The notes under the pieces were generated by a model. The model made no database searches, was not told where the DNA came from, and saw only the letters and a program-made list of their open reading frames with translations. Below are positions 36,340 through 50,300 of a stretch of 64,000 nucleotides of DNA, in pieces. Numbering within the stretch: the stretch's first letter is position 1; the number at the start of each line of letters is the position of its first letter. The position numbers were made by a program, and so were the translations under genes. The stretch lies in contig NC_069372.1 of the NCBI RefSeq assembly GCF_021730395.1, positions 64,348,221-64,412,220 on the forward strand, written 5' to 3'. The DNA is from Mercenaria mercenaria (Eukaryota).

Positions 36340-39300
36340 GGCGACTTTCCACCTTTGCTTTTTATTTTAGACATCAAATAAACAGGAGTGCACTTTGATT
36401 CAGTATCGAGAACCCTGTTTATCTTGGAGAGTCAACACAATATAGCAATTATTTTTGCCCTGTATTTTTACACTTTACAAAACATGCGTCAAACGAATCA
36501 CATGAAATAAAGGCAGCATTTTTTGCTCTCAATTATTTGGCAAACGATTTCAGAAAATAAAGCATCGGATGCAAAGATAGTTAACTATCTACAAACAAAG
36601 ATGTTTTATTAGCCAAGTTAATCTTGATGTAATGAAACGACAAGCTAAATCTGTAAAAGGAAATTATACTGCAGTTATTTCAAACAAGAAAAGCTCAAAC
36701 TTATGGCTCCAGAGAAAACATTCAATTGTAGAAGATATTAAATTCGAGGAGTTTATGTTTCAATATCCTTCGTATTCCAAGATCAGACTAGAACAATATT
36801 CTGTACAATTTGCAGCTCGTTAATATACTCCAGGGGACCAGTAACAAAGTTCTCTGAACATGTAACATGATCCAGCACGAAAAATTGTCTGTTCTAGTTT
36901 CTGTTTAAAACGGCAAAATTTACAAACCGTATTATGGTATTTAATGTTTTGGATACAGAAAATCAACTTTCCAGTAACGTTTTATCTTTTTTTGACAGTT
37001 TTATGTCATGGAAATGCATTTACAGACCCATTCAAATGTAGAAAGAATATCATTTTTCCCGAAGGCGCATTTCACCTGCATATTGATCAAGGGGGAGTGC
37101 CAACATAGTGTGATTTATGTCATCAAACAGTTTTATACGGGTTTAGTGAACTGCGCCAGCATCAGAATTTAGTCTCAGTCTGACAATTTTTATCAAATAA
37201 TCTTACCGCTAACTTCTGACTGCTAACGCCTACTAGCGCATAATTCCGAACATGACTGGTTGTGTTTGTAGCAACTGATGACAACTTGCATGAGATTAGC
37301 GGGTTGATTTTCAAATATGATCATGGGTTAACTGGACTTTTAAATAAAAAAAAAAAAACACATTGAAACCCCGTTAGAAATTTAATTGACGGCAATAAAC
37401 CTTAATATACAGGATGTATGTTTTAAGGACAAAGCATAAATTATAAGCGAAATATCAATTGTGACCAACCATTTAATCTGACAAACAAACATGCTGGGAC
37501 GAAGAATATGTCTGATTTATTCTGATGCTGTCACTTTAAAACGATTATTTCATCGGAAAATGTCTTAGAAGAAATTTCCACCTTGTAATATGAGCTTCCT
37601 TTCACAGTGATAGCTATCCTGTATTAATAACTCCATCTATTAAATCTGGAAATGATAAATTGAGAATAAGACATATAAATCATTATTCATTTTCCAGTTA
37701 ATGGCTTAGTATCTTTCATTAATAAACTATAAATTTATAACCGTGCGAAGACAAGACCTATCATATAAACTTTTTTACGCTGTAAAGGTAGACTTCACAT
37801 CAGCTTTAATTCCAGTGTTCTGTTTCTAATGTCTATTTTCTATGCTGTTCCGTTAGTGCAGTTGTAACACAACCTTGATTTGTGGACTTTTCAGGCCGAG
37901 AACACCATATGATGATGCAGAGACGAAATAAAAAACACGATGGGATTAGAGCAATATTTCTAAATAGTTCAGTTGTCGTGTAGGATATCGAGAATAAAAA
38001 GGATAAAAATGCGACATGCCATCGATTCCTGAGTTAAGTGGGTTTACGATCCATAAATCTGATCTGCGATCGAAATCAAACTGTTGCGTATGTTGTACTC
38101 TTGAGATATTTTTGCTACGGATAACGAAAAACAAAAATGTTCTACCCGCATCATTTATCATAAACCCATTCTTTCTTTGTATGCTATATAAAATCGAACT
38201 GAAGCTTTTTGTGTATTTTTTTTTATATTTTCATGCAATGCATGTATACTATTGCATATATGTTCAAAACATCTATATATTCCAGAGTAACTTTGAAGTA
38301 TTATTTTTTTACAAAACTGTCTCAGTTTTGAATGGCAATATTATTCAATATTCCATTGCCTCCTCTTTCTTTTATATGTGTATCATACTTTGACGTATAG
38401 TTAGATTTATTGTACATTTATTACAACTGCAAAATGTTAACCTAGAACTTAGTTCACGAACATGAGCATATTTTCCAACGGAACTTTCTACATTACATTC
38501 ATATTATCATTATTTTTATTATATACCTATATAAATTCTGTAAAATATCAATTAAATATGAACAGGCAGGAACAAATTCAGTATTATACCTTTTAAGTTC
38601 CCTATTGTACCTTCCGTATTGTATGCTGCCGGACTACTTTCATTAATATGCATGACCTGACACAGTTCTATAAGTAGCGCAGATAAAAACTTCACTTAGT
38701 TCCATTTTGATATCGATAAACATTGAAGATTTCGTTCAAAAACAAAATAACAAACAAAAGGAAGAGGTATATAACTGCAGCTCGATCTGGGATTTTGTAT
38801 TCGGCTCTCGTGGATTTTGCAAGGTCGGATCACACACGTCGTTTGCGCGCCTCGTGAGATCCGATCTGGCAGAAATCCACTCGAGCCAAATACAGCATCC
38901 CAGATCGAGCTACTGTTATAATAATCCTATTTTATATAGTATTGTTGAAGTTGCATCCTTTGAAAGCAAAGAATGCAACCAAGAAGAACAATAGCTGACT
39001 CGTTTTGACTGAGTCTGTCCATGACAGGTATGAAATCACCAGTTAAATGTTCAGCAACCCTATAATTCGTCTAAATAAGTAAACCATTTTCCAGAGTGGA
39101 GAGGTTCTCGTTTTCAAGGGTATTTTTCGAATGCATCATGAGAGAAATATTTCAGGAACGGAAACTCAGCTCAGTTTCTAAAATTGCGCAATGCATAATT
39201 ATAACAATAGTAACAGAATCGTGTCGGATGTTTTTTTTTTAAATCTAATTCTGTTTTTTTTTTTCTGACCAAAATATTTTATCTGACAATTTTTATATAT

Positions 39301-41250
39301 CTTAACAAAATCAGTTTTAAAGTTCCAAAGAAAAACATTTTAGATCGAATACATAATTTTGTATTTCATTTCTTATAATCTTTCAAGAAACGAGACTTGC
39401 GTCAAACTGGCATATCAGATGGCATATCAGATGGTTAATCACATTTAACATTTTATGACATTTTTCTGTTATAACAGTTTCATATAACGTGTTAGACATT
39501 TATCTGAGGAACAAAAAGGCCCTTAACATAAAGTTAGAAATATCCTCTTTTTGATTTATATCAAACAGGATTAACCTCCTCCCTTTTATATGACAATATT
39601 AAAAAAGTTGAGTATGTCTTTTGACTAGGTTTGCATTAACATATGATAGATATTTGAGCAATCTGGAATAAAAAAAATAAAGCACGGAAAAATGGAAGCT
39701 TGAAAGGTTTTATTCCATTCTATCATTGCTAAACTAAGGGATGTAATGATAATTCTTCAAATCTACATTTCTATAGAATCTCGGCAATTCTTTGGTATAT
39801 AAACTACAAGTGCTCTTATATCTATATTAGCCTATGGGAAATGTATGTTTATCAAATTTAACTCTTCCCTGGTTGTGCAAAAAGGTTTTAGAAATATCTT
39901 AAGTGTAAATCCAACATGTATTTAGTGCTTAGTAAAGACAGATAAGAATACATGATTAAATTCAACGTTTATGTAATTACATGATCAAAATGTTATTAAC
40001 CACCTTGAATAGGTGAGGCAGAAAATCATTTTTGTATGATGCTCTTGCGCATTGACTGCAGCTTATGACAACTAAAACGAAACGTGCAGTAGCTTTTTTA
40101 CATTTAAATAACGTGTATTGAAAAAAATGTTACAAGCACTTTTTATGTCTATTTTTACAAGCTTTGTTACAATATGAGGGTTCACATTTTGAGATAATTT
40201 CTAAATATCAAGAAATATGCGCTCTATAATTTCATCACATTCCTCCTTTAGAGACGCCGATGCAGAAATAAAATTCGTTACTTTGGTTTGATAAACGTGA
40301 AAGATTTTGGAAAAAAGCAGCTGTAAAAAGTCTCTCCGTACTTGGATTAAGTGTTGTTATCTTTTCTGGTTCTTTTGGACCTCGGTCCTAAAATTGAATT
40401 CCGTTTTACCCGGCTCTAGGGGACGTGGTTGGTGTTGCAATTTCAATCGCCTGTAATGAACAAACACAGTCAAACTGAGACCGCTACCACTTTGTTTGGT
40501 TGCAATATAATTATGCTTCAAAAGGATCTTATTATAGAGCATATTATTAAAACAAAAAGAAAACACTGTCATTAATGTTTCTATTGTTATATTTATGGGT
40601 TGGCAGTGAGAGGTTAGGACTGAGGAAAGGGAGAAAACTCTGTGTTCTGATTAAAGACTTAGTAAAAGAGTTGTTTCCCTTGCCAAGTAAGTGTTCTGAC
40701 GATAACATCCGAGTTTGCCTCATTGTTTATTACATTCTGTAAATGTCTAGTCATTTTTACAAATACACCTCATAAATACCATTTTTCTGGTCACAATTAC
40801 ATAAACTGACATTAAAAAATGGAGTGCAGATAAGTCCCCTACAGGACGAAAACCAGTTTCGGGGACTATAAGATAGCGCTTTCCATTCGTTCGTCATTCT
40901 GTCCGTCCGTTTGTATTTTCGTGTCCGGTCTATTGTAAACACAAATGTTTTCTATAAACATGTTCAAGCACTTTATTCTAAGGTTAGCTAATTATTTTAA
41001 TTAGTGAAAAATTAACATTCATATATTCAACAACTATTATTTAACATATCGTAGATACTTTAATTTCAAAACGATCGCTGGACGCGTTTGAATTTCGACC
41101 ATCCGTATTTAAGAGAAAGTCTTTTCACACAAGGATATTGTCGCAAAAATAAGGAATGGATAAGACCTTGGAGCAAGCTCCATTAGTGCTTCTTGCTAAA
41201 TTGTACGCATATCATTAATGGCAAGACGCACGTATTACTCCCATCTTCCA
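36340..41250 (+). repeat. Copy 2 of the tandem segmental duplication.
   Basis: See copy 1. Begins next to SINE fragment 36297-36358. Confidence 0.75.
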
Positions 41251-42394
41251 AGTTAGAGATGTTCCTCTGTTGGAGGAAAGTCACATATTGAAAGTCATGC
41301 TGTGATATTTGTTAAGCTATCAGGAGGTGTACACTGTTCGATAGTGCCGTTTGCCTTATTATCTCTCTCTTATACATCATTTTTAAGAATTTCAATTGTA
41401 GTTTAAGGAATTGTTAAAATATTCAAAATATCTTGATAAGTTTAGAAGTAATCGTCAAAATCGTTTTTACTGGATATTATCCCATTATTAATTTCAGCAA
41501 TTTTGGGCATAATTTATTTTAAAACAATCACATTTTGACTGAATTCGTCGATTGACTTTCATAAAACTTTCAGGATATCTTAGTTACCTTCCCATTAGAG
41601 CAAAACTTAAGTTAATGTTAACTTATAAATATGTATTACTTTACGACGAAGTTTTATGAAAACAGAACGTACTTGAATGAAAACGAGTATATTGCCAAGA
41701 AAACGACATTTGACAATGGTTGGATCATACATTTAACTATTAGGTTCAATGCTATTGTTATCTTTATTGCAATATCTTAGCTTTGTGCGGGACGATATTA
41801 CGATAGGAATTTGATATGAAAATCTACGATAAAGTCTAAAAAATCTCGGTTGTGAATAAAAGAAACTTGATTAAAAGATTTCCGCTAAAGAATAAATTCT
41901 TTGCATCGGACCAACAGCTGTGCTCAATTGTAATATGAAAACTCTCTCTCAAAAATAAATTCTCTGCGTCGGACCAGCTGCACAGCTTTATCGGCATCTG
42001 AATATCTATCTTTCAGGAATAAAGTCTGCGCTGGACCAGCTACTCTGCCTAACTGTGACCTCTCTGTCTCTGTCTACGGTGGGACTCAAACTACTCCATA
42101 GCTCTTGATCCGGAGGCGAACGCTTTACCACTGAGCACACGATTCCACTTTCGGTGAAGTAATTTTGTCTAATGGTACAGAGTCCGCCTCCGGTGCAGAA
42201 GGTCGCGGATTCTATCCACGGTCGCGTACCAAGGATGTGAAAAATGGTACCAGTTGCTCCCTTAAACTGCTCAGCATTATGTATATAGAACAGGCTCTTC
42301 TCTCAAACTGTGAGGACTGATGTCTAAAATGGTAGAATTTGTTTCAGGATTCACCTTGATTTAATTACTGTAAGAATAGTAATTTTGTATCAGA

Positions 42395-42575
42395 TATTTT
42401 CGTGTTTGGGTTTAACGTCGCACCGACACAATTATAGGTTATATGGCGACTTTCCAGCTCTGATGGTGGAGGAAGACCCTATGTGCCTCTCCGAGCATTA
42501 TTTCATCACGAGCGGGTACCTGGGTAGAACCACCGACCTTCTGTAAGCCAGCTGGATGGTGTATCAGATATAGGA
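42395..42575 (-). mobile_element. SINE (core family), minus orientation. Adjacent tRNA-like head fragments lie at 42080-42300.
   Basis: Core 'ggttatatggcgactttccagctctgatggtggaggaagaccc…gcattatttcatcacgagcgggtacctgggtagaaccaccgacc'. Confidence 0.7.
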
Positions 42576-43801
42576 TCCGATATACTATTTTCGTGCTAAT
42601 TATAAATGTAAAGGAGAACAACAGGTTGTAATCAATGAGCGCCGTTAAACATTTCTGGTAAAATAAAGCAACTCCTCATAAAAGTACATTTGAACGAACT
42701 TTCTAAAAGTTTAAAATTATGTTAAAGTAACTATTTTGACGAAATTAAATCGACAATGGGCCGCATGCTAGCTTATTTTTATTTTATAAAGCTAATCTTG
42801 TCTAAATGTATATTACATTTTGTAATAAAGTTCGGTTGATCATCTCGTTTGTGCTTTTGTACTTCAAAGTTTCAATTTCTATCACGTGTGTTTACCTGCA
42901 TTACTTTAACCGAATCATTAGTTATATAAAATGTCTGTATTAGAAAGAATTTGGCAAAACAACCAAACAAATCATATAAGATTTCAGATAAAGAAAATCG
43001 TTTATTATCGATATTAAGACCCTTTCCATTGATTAACTCAAAACATTAATGCTTTTCTGGTGTTATCTTAAAACACAACTTTCCAACTACTATATAACGT
43101 ACGCCAGTAACGCTCTAACAAAACGTTTTGTGCAAATGATTCACGTAATGTCTCCACGGCAATGCATAACTTAGAGAAGTTAGTTTAGCTCGAATCTGAT
43201 AAGGTCTCAAAAGGCCAAAAGTTCATACACTACTAGTCTAATTAAATTTGTTCAGATTATAGATTCCAGAGTGAGCTACTTATATAAGCTAGAAAGCAAT
43301 CTCATGGGTCAATAAAACTCTTAATAATACAATTTGTGATGCGAAACTTTCTTTAATTTTTGGAAAGTGCTGTCCGTACACACGAGATTTACTGCTTTGA
43401 AATGGTGAATCGAGTTAACGTAAATGCATTGACTAAATTGTCCCTTTAGATCCAAATTTATCAGACAATAAGAGTAGACTCAGTCAAATGTATTAAAAAC
43501 ATATGACATTTTCTTGCTTCTTACCTAAAGATATTTGTAATGCACAGATTTCATAGTTGATAACAGCTGATAATACTTACAATTGTTGCACATAATTTAT
43601 TTCTTAAATGATAATATTGTATCAGAGTAAACATGCAAAAAGCGTATATGATATTTTAGAGAGATAGTTATTGGGAAGAAAAGTGTACTTTTGATTTAGA
43701 AACTGACCCGATCTGTCTGTATTATAGAACAAAATAACAACACAACGGGAAACTTCAATTATAACCTTCCGTTGTACCAGAATATAACTGACTTTAAAAT
43801 A

Positions 43802-44044
43802 ATATGAGCCGTGCCATGGGAAAACCAACATAGTGGGTATGCGACCAGCATGGATCCAGACCAGCCTGCGCATCCGCGCAGTCTGGTCAGGCTCCATGCT
43901 GTTCGCTAACAGTTTCTCCAATTCCAATAGGCTTTAAAAGCGAACAGCATGGAGCCTGACCAGACTGCGCGGATGCGCAGGCTGGTCTGGATCCATGCTG
44001 GTCGCAAAGCCACTATGTGGGTTTTCCCATGGCACGGCTCATAT
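43802..44044. mobile_element. Palindromic ~243-bp MITE (arms ~105 bp; TIR TGAGCCGTGCCATGG…; flanking TA on both sides, so Stowaway / Tc1-mariner-like).
   Basis: A near-perfect inverted repeat is read directly. The 79-aa and 101-aa ORFs here are artifacts. Confidence 0.7.
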
Positions 44045-44337
44045 GTTAATTTCCTATCCCATACTACCAGATGTTGACGAATTGCCGGAGAATAAGCCAA
44101 CAATAAACCGTGGGTTTAGCGTAGAAGTCGTATAAGCGGATTATACAAGTGGGGAAACATTCTTTAATGTAGCGGGCAAATTCTAGAATTTCCAAGAAGT
44201 GCGTTGGAGGCGAGGTATCCAGTACTGCATGATCAGAAATTGATATTTACAAAATCTGAAAAAATAAACATGCAGTAATTACATTCAAACTTAATATTGT
44301 TTATAATAATCTATTCATAAGCATGTGTAGTTTATGC

Positions 44338-44580
44338 ATATGAGCCGTGCCATGAGAAAACCAACATAGTGGGTTTGCGACCAGCATGGATCCAGACCAG
44401 CCTGCGCTTCCGCGCAGTCTGGTCAGGATCCATGCTATTCGCTAACAGTTTCTCTAATTGCAATAGGCTTTGAAAGCGAACAGCATGGATCCTGACCAGA
44501 CTGCGCGGATGCGCAGGCTGGTCTGGATCCATGCTGGTCGCATACCCACTATGTTGATTTTCCCATGGCACGGCTCATAT
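44338..44580. mobile_element. Second copy of the same palindromic MITE. It lies inside a ~536-bp tandem duplication whose units are 43793-44329 and 44329-44870.
   Basis: Direct reading. The flanks (…ccagatgttgacgaattgccggagaataagccaacaataaaccgtg…) are duplicated too. Confidence 0.7.
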
Positions 44581-47039
44581 GTTAATTTCCTATCCCATAC
44601 TACCAGATGTTGACGAATTGCCGGAGAATAAGCCAACAATAAACCGTGAGTTTAGCGTAGAAGTCGTATAAGCGGATTATACAAGTGGGGAAACATTCTT
44701 TAATGTAGCGGGCAAATTCTAGAATTTCCAAGAAGTGCGTTGGAGGCGAGGTATCCAGTACTGCATGATCAGAAATTGATATTTACAAAATCTGAAAAAA
44801 TAAACATGCAGTTATTACATTCAAAGTTAATGTTGTTTATAATAATCTTTTCATAAGCATGTGTAGTTTATGCATATGAATTTGTTCAAGCTAAATTCCC
44901 GAGGACTCTTCCGTCATGTAAAGTGCCAGTGCTAAATGCCAAATACGTTATACTATCATGCCAAATATTTAATTTAAACACTAAATATTAAATGTTTATG
45001 CTTTGATAGAAGCTCTTGATACTAATTGCCAAATATCTATATAGTATTAATTGCTGTATTAACTGTTTCATATCAAATGTCAGTCGTATGTAGTAAATGT
45101 ATTTGACTTTCAATATTTGAAGACGTAATGTTTAAAGTCACGTACTACTCTTTACTTACAAATTTGTTTTCTGTGATATATGGTACGTATCTAAGCAACA
45201 TCTGTTGAAAATATTTGAACTTTTATTAGCTTTTGTATCTTCTCAGTAAACAAGCTTACAGACATCATTACTGCGTAAATAGTCAAACTTTTAGTTAATA
45301 TCTTTTGAATTTTAATAACGTGCTATATTTGTAGCCAGGTTCTACAATTAATAACTGAAACTTTAAAATACATTGCATATGTTGTTTACCTGGCTTCCTG
45401 TGCAAGCCATTGGCAAGCATAAGAATGCAAATATACGAAAGAGACTATACTTTCCAAACTATTTGCTTCTGTTTGTGAATTGGACATATAGTATACAGTT
45501 GTATGCGTTTTATTTATGTGTTCCAGTATGGGTCATTGATATTGAAATTAAAATCTAACTTAGGCTAGATTTTCTCTTAAATACATTAACCTAAATTAAT
45601 ATTTTTAAAGGTAATATATCCATAGGCCATCTGAAATCACCAAATGTGAGTATTATTTTGTGAGTTTTTTTGGATAGGGGTGAAAAACTTAGGTAAGACA
45701 CTTGCCGAAGAAAATTGTATAAATAAAAATATTAATGTGACAAAATTATAATGGGTATGTTTTTCCTTATTGACTTACAGCTTGCTTTAACAGTTAATGC
45801 CGTTTTTCTTGTTTTTATGTCATAGCCATTCGTCACAGCTCTTTCACCCTCAGTATGTTGGACAGTAGCATAATAAGTGAGTCCCTGGCTATTCCTTGAT
45901 ACAAGCGGATCTGATGTTGAATTTGGAATGGCTGCCTGTCTTGAATTAGAGGATATTAAACAAATACATTGCAAACTTGATACTTAATCAAAGTACTGAT
46001 AGTACAGTACTGATGGAAGGTGATTTATGTTAGTACGTGTATGAAAAGAATCCATTCCAAAAATGGCACAAGCGCTAACAGCGCTTTGATAGTAAGAAAC
46101 CCAATACATATAGGATTTGATTCGGCTAACCATATCATCAATATGATACTGCGATTTGGTGATATATGCAGTTATACATCCACACCCCTGTACAGTAAAA
46201 AGATGTAAAGTAAAGGCACAGAGCCGATAGTTATTCGTAGGAAATTACTGCGCCATTGGATTATATTCAAATATGTTGAACTATTTTTTACTGGGCATGA
46301 GTACTTGTAACTTCGCGATCAAGTCCACTGCAGCATCAAAGGTGGTAATAGAGTAGGCCAAAGCTTCCGTTCTGTAACGATAATGAGGCCAGAGTTGATA
46401 AATTATTCCGCATTGAACTACATTGTACAGCGGATAGAAACGAAATAGTTGTGAGACAGTCTATTCCTGTTTAAATTCTGCGCGGTCACACAGAGAAGGT
46501 TTCAAAAACATTAGAACATTCCTTCTGTTTTTATTTTTGAAATCATTCGCCCTCCACCTCTAATGATTCATGTGGGGAAATTGGCATTTACTTACGGAGA
46601 ACAGGTTTGTACTGGTATAGAATCCATTAACTGCCCGCCGTTACATAACTGAACTACTGTTAAAAAAAACGGCGTTAAACCCAAAACAAACAAACACCTT
46701 TTCCTTAAATGATTTCCTTCTAGAATAAATTATGAGGTCGTGCGAACGTGATTATTTCAAATAAACATGAGTACAAATGAAACAAAAATCAAATGACATT
46801 TTAAAATCCAAAAAGAACATGAGACACATCATTATATTTCTATGCCACAACATTAACAGGAAAACGAAATAAAAACTTGTCGTAAAATATGGAAACAATT
46901 ATCAGGAGTAAAACAAACCTATCAGTATGCATATAGCGTAGAATTAGCTTATAATTGTTTGATTTGTTTTCATTTTAAGTAACACCAGCACAGTCAAGGT
47001 TTTCAGAGGAGACTCGATGTGTATGGTAGCATATTTCTG

Positions 47040-47340
47040 CATCCACTTAAGCAGATAATTTTCGTATTCGTATAATTTTCGTGAAAATTCCAAAGCTTTT
47101 TATGAAAAGAAACTCTTGTTCTAAGTGAAAAAATCACGAATGTGCCAACTACTGCATGCGATAATAAATAAATGATTAAGATATTTTTTTCGAAACTATG
47201 CTTGTTTTCGTGAAAAATGAATTATCTTGAAAAAAGAAGTTGTTTTTTTCTGCATACGATAATCTTGAAAATATCATGAAAATCATATAACTTTCAAGAC
47301 AAAAAAGAATATCGCGAAAATTAAAACTTTACGCGAAAAA
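47040..47340. promoter_or_regulatory. Cluster of ≥8 'TCG(T/C)GAAAA'-type motifs, including one canonical trimeric heat-shock-element-like site TTCgtGAAaaTTC (~47078-47091).
   Basis: Motifs read directly. No associated gene is visible, so any function is speculative. Confidence 0.2.
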
Positions 47341-50300
47341 GTAAAACCTGGTGTTTTTGGAATATGAAGTTAACATGCATCGAGCCGTGTTCAGATGTCG
47401 CAGTTTTATACATTACCGTTTGCTGAGATGATGCTTGGTGCCTAATACCCTATCCTCCCAAGGGTCCTAATCCGTTCTTGATAATAAAGTTTATATGCAT
47501 GGAACTATTTATCATTTCTGCGTCACAATTTAAGCCTCTTGGTCAGAGTGCGATACACAGTGAGCTTGCTTTAGGTTTTCTTACCAGTTGATAGGTATAA
47601 CATCGGGCTTAAGTGATACGATGGCAAGTAGCCGTTCTTCAATTATACATACAATTAACTAAAGCAAATATATTATAATGTTTTCGTCTACTTGAAAGAA
47701 ATAATGACCGGATATATAACCATTTATAAAGTGCCTAAAAACCTCTTTGATTCTTGATTTGTGCCAAAATAATGTCTGGTATCACAGCTGAGCTAAGAAT
47801 ACGCTTAGTGTTAATTTAAAGTAGCATTTTGCGCATCTTACTGCACATAGTGTGTTTTTGGTGAATGTTTTATGAAAGAAATTTTCGGTTGCCGTACATT
47901 TAAATGTGTTAAATTAACGATAATGCTGCATATTTGAAGTTGATGCTTTAGAAATTAAGAAATCAGACTTATAATATAATAGTTCTTTTCTTCAGTTTTT
48001 TACGCAGTGATCTGCCTTACCTATAGGTAGAGATTTCTGAAATGGAAGGGAAGCAACTCCTGCGTGAAGTTTGACTTTTCCTAAAATGACCACCAGAGTC
48101 AAAATAAGAAAAGTCATATTTGGAAAGTTATTATTTCGTACTGGTAACAGGAAGTATTTGGTATATTGGGCTAAAAGCTATAATTTCCTCCACCATTTTT
48201 TACGCACACATCTATTTCAGCTGGATAATTACTTGAAAAATACGCCTTATTCCACTTTAAGGTACCAGATCTGGTAACAAAACTGGGTGGATATTTTCAG
48301 TTAAGATTAATTCCAATAAGATTAGTTCCTGTGCTGCATTACACACATAACCGAATTGTACTACACATTCGCACTTGTTCAACATTTGCATATCTCTGTC
48401 ATCATGCCTCAGAAATCAGCAGTGACATTTTCTTTAACTTATCAATTTAGTGTAGCGTTTGCCATACATATAACTCGAAGTACGCCAGTAATATACATTA
48501 CCCTCAGCTGCTTTGTTGCAACTTCTGCGAATATCACTTTAAATGTTTAGTCTTCGCTATCAAGTCAATGATGTTTGCACGGGATCAACAAAACGATTCG
48601 CATTTTAAGAGGTCGCGAAGAAAGCAATTAATTTGTTTTCCACTTTAACTTTTATTACAAAGTTTATTCCATAATCGTGATTCTGTCGGGAAAGAAGCAT
48701 AGCGTATGAATTGTTTAAGGATTAAAGCGCCTTACTGGAAATTCGTTACCGGAACCAATTTAAAAATGGAATTTAAATGCAGCAAGCAATTTAAATAAGA
48801 CTGCCTTCTCGGGCAAGGAAAATACAAAAAAGATTCGAAATGAGTATGCATTAGAAACAACATTCCGTATCTGTTTCGTCAGAAGGTAGTAGTTATCATG
48901 TTTGTGATTTCTTTTAAACTATTTTACATTTCGTGTATTCATTCTACCCTTTGCATGCCCTGATTTTGCATACATATTATAATATAGCTAGGTATTTCTT
49001 ATCATAACTAATAAGTTATTCTTCATTTTGCTATTTTCATGTGCCAAGGATAGTTACATTTTCATTTTGGCCGGGTCAGTTTTCTGTGTAAATGATTTTT
49101 AAGGTTTGCAGCTTTACTGGTTGTATTTGTAGGTATTCCTGTGCATTCCGCTTATACGCGGAACTCTGTTATACATCTATTAAATAGACTCCATGGTCCA
49201 AAAGAACCAGAAAATATAACAACACTGAATCCAAGTACGGGGGGACTTTTTACAGCCGCCACAAGTCATTTGTAGATTGTGGTTGTGAAAGTTAATGAAA
49301 TTGGTATAAAATCCTTTGGAAGCATAGAATGCAAATAGTAGAATAATCGCAGACACGATTTGATTAATTCTGTTCACGAGCAACATCTCTCTCGCCTCCT
49401 AACATTGGCTATAGCGGAACTATATTACACATCTATTGAATGAACACATTGATTCCAAAGAACTAGAAAATATTACAACACTGAATCCATGTACGGGGAG
49501 ACTTTTTTTACAGCCGCCACACGGCACTTAAAGATTGCTTTTGTTATACACATTAGAATATAATATAGCTTAAAGTAATGTAATATTGTTTTAACTTCAT
49601 TCCATCTGGGGCCTTCTTGGCCGAGTGGTTAAGGTAGCTGACTCAGATAGATAGGTACTTTTATTTCCTCCATAATATGAAGAGCACAAATATGATAAAA
49701 TGCAAACATCTCATTGTAGTGGTGACTTTATGTTCGGGCTTAAATGATCGTTCGCTTTCTGGGAATGAGAGGTTCCGGTTTGCAGGGGCATGTTTCTAAT
49801 GAAGTAAGAAGAAAACATATCCGGATCGCAAACTTCGGAGGGCTAGATTATCAGCCTTGAGTTGTACTAATATATATGCGCTTAATTTACATCTTTTTGC
49901 GATACCATCAGTTGAATTAGTTTTTAACTTCAGCAGTATTCCGGAGCTAAAAGAAAGATTGCATAGAAAAGCCAAGTAGTATATCCTCTATTGTCAATTA
50001 TTTTGCCTTAGAGAATGATGTTAGAAATGTTTTATCATCATTACGCAACAATAGTAACATAAACGTTCCGGATGTTGCTTAAATTACAGTTTTCCTGACA
50101 AATATGTCAGATTAGACATTTTAAATACATCTTGATAATAGTCAGTATTTCCGTTCCAAAGAAAATCAATTAAAATCGAATAAATCATCGTGTTTCATTC
50201 TATTTATGCTTTGAAAAAGCAAGATTTGCGTCAAAATGATAAATCATCTGTTAACGGGCTACACGGAACAAATATATCTTGCATGATGTTCTCGCGCACT

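Noticed and set aside
43622-44639. ORFs of 61-101 aa on the minus strand.
   Set aside because: They are generated by the perfectly palindromic MITE arms and the tandem duplication. The identical peptides MLAYSPAIRQHLVVWDRKLTYEPCHGK appear twice.
45732-46208. 80-aa (minus strand) and 62-aa (plus strand) ORFs in otherwise unique sequence.
   Set aside because: No recognisable domain, no splice or start context, and AT-rich surroundings. Insufficient to call a gene.
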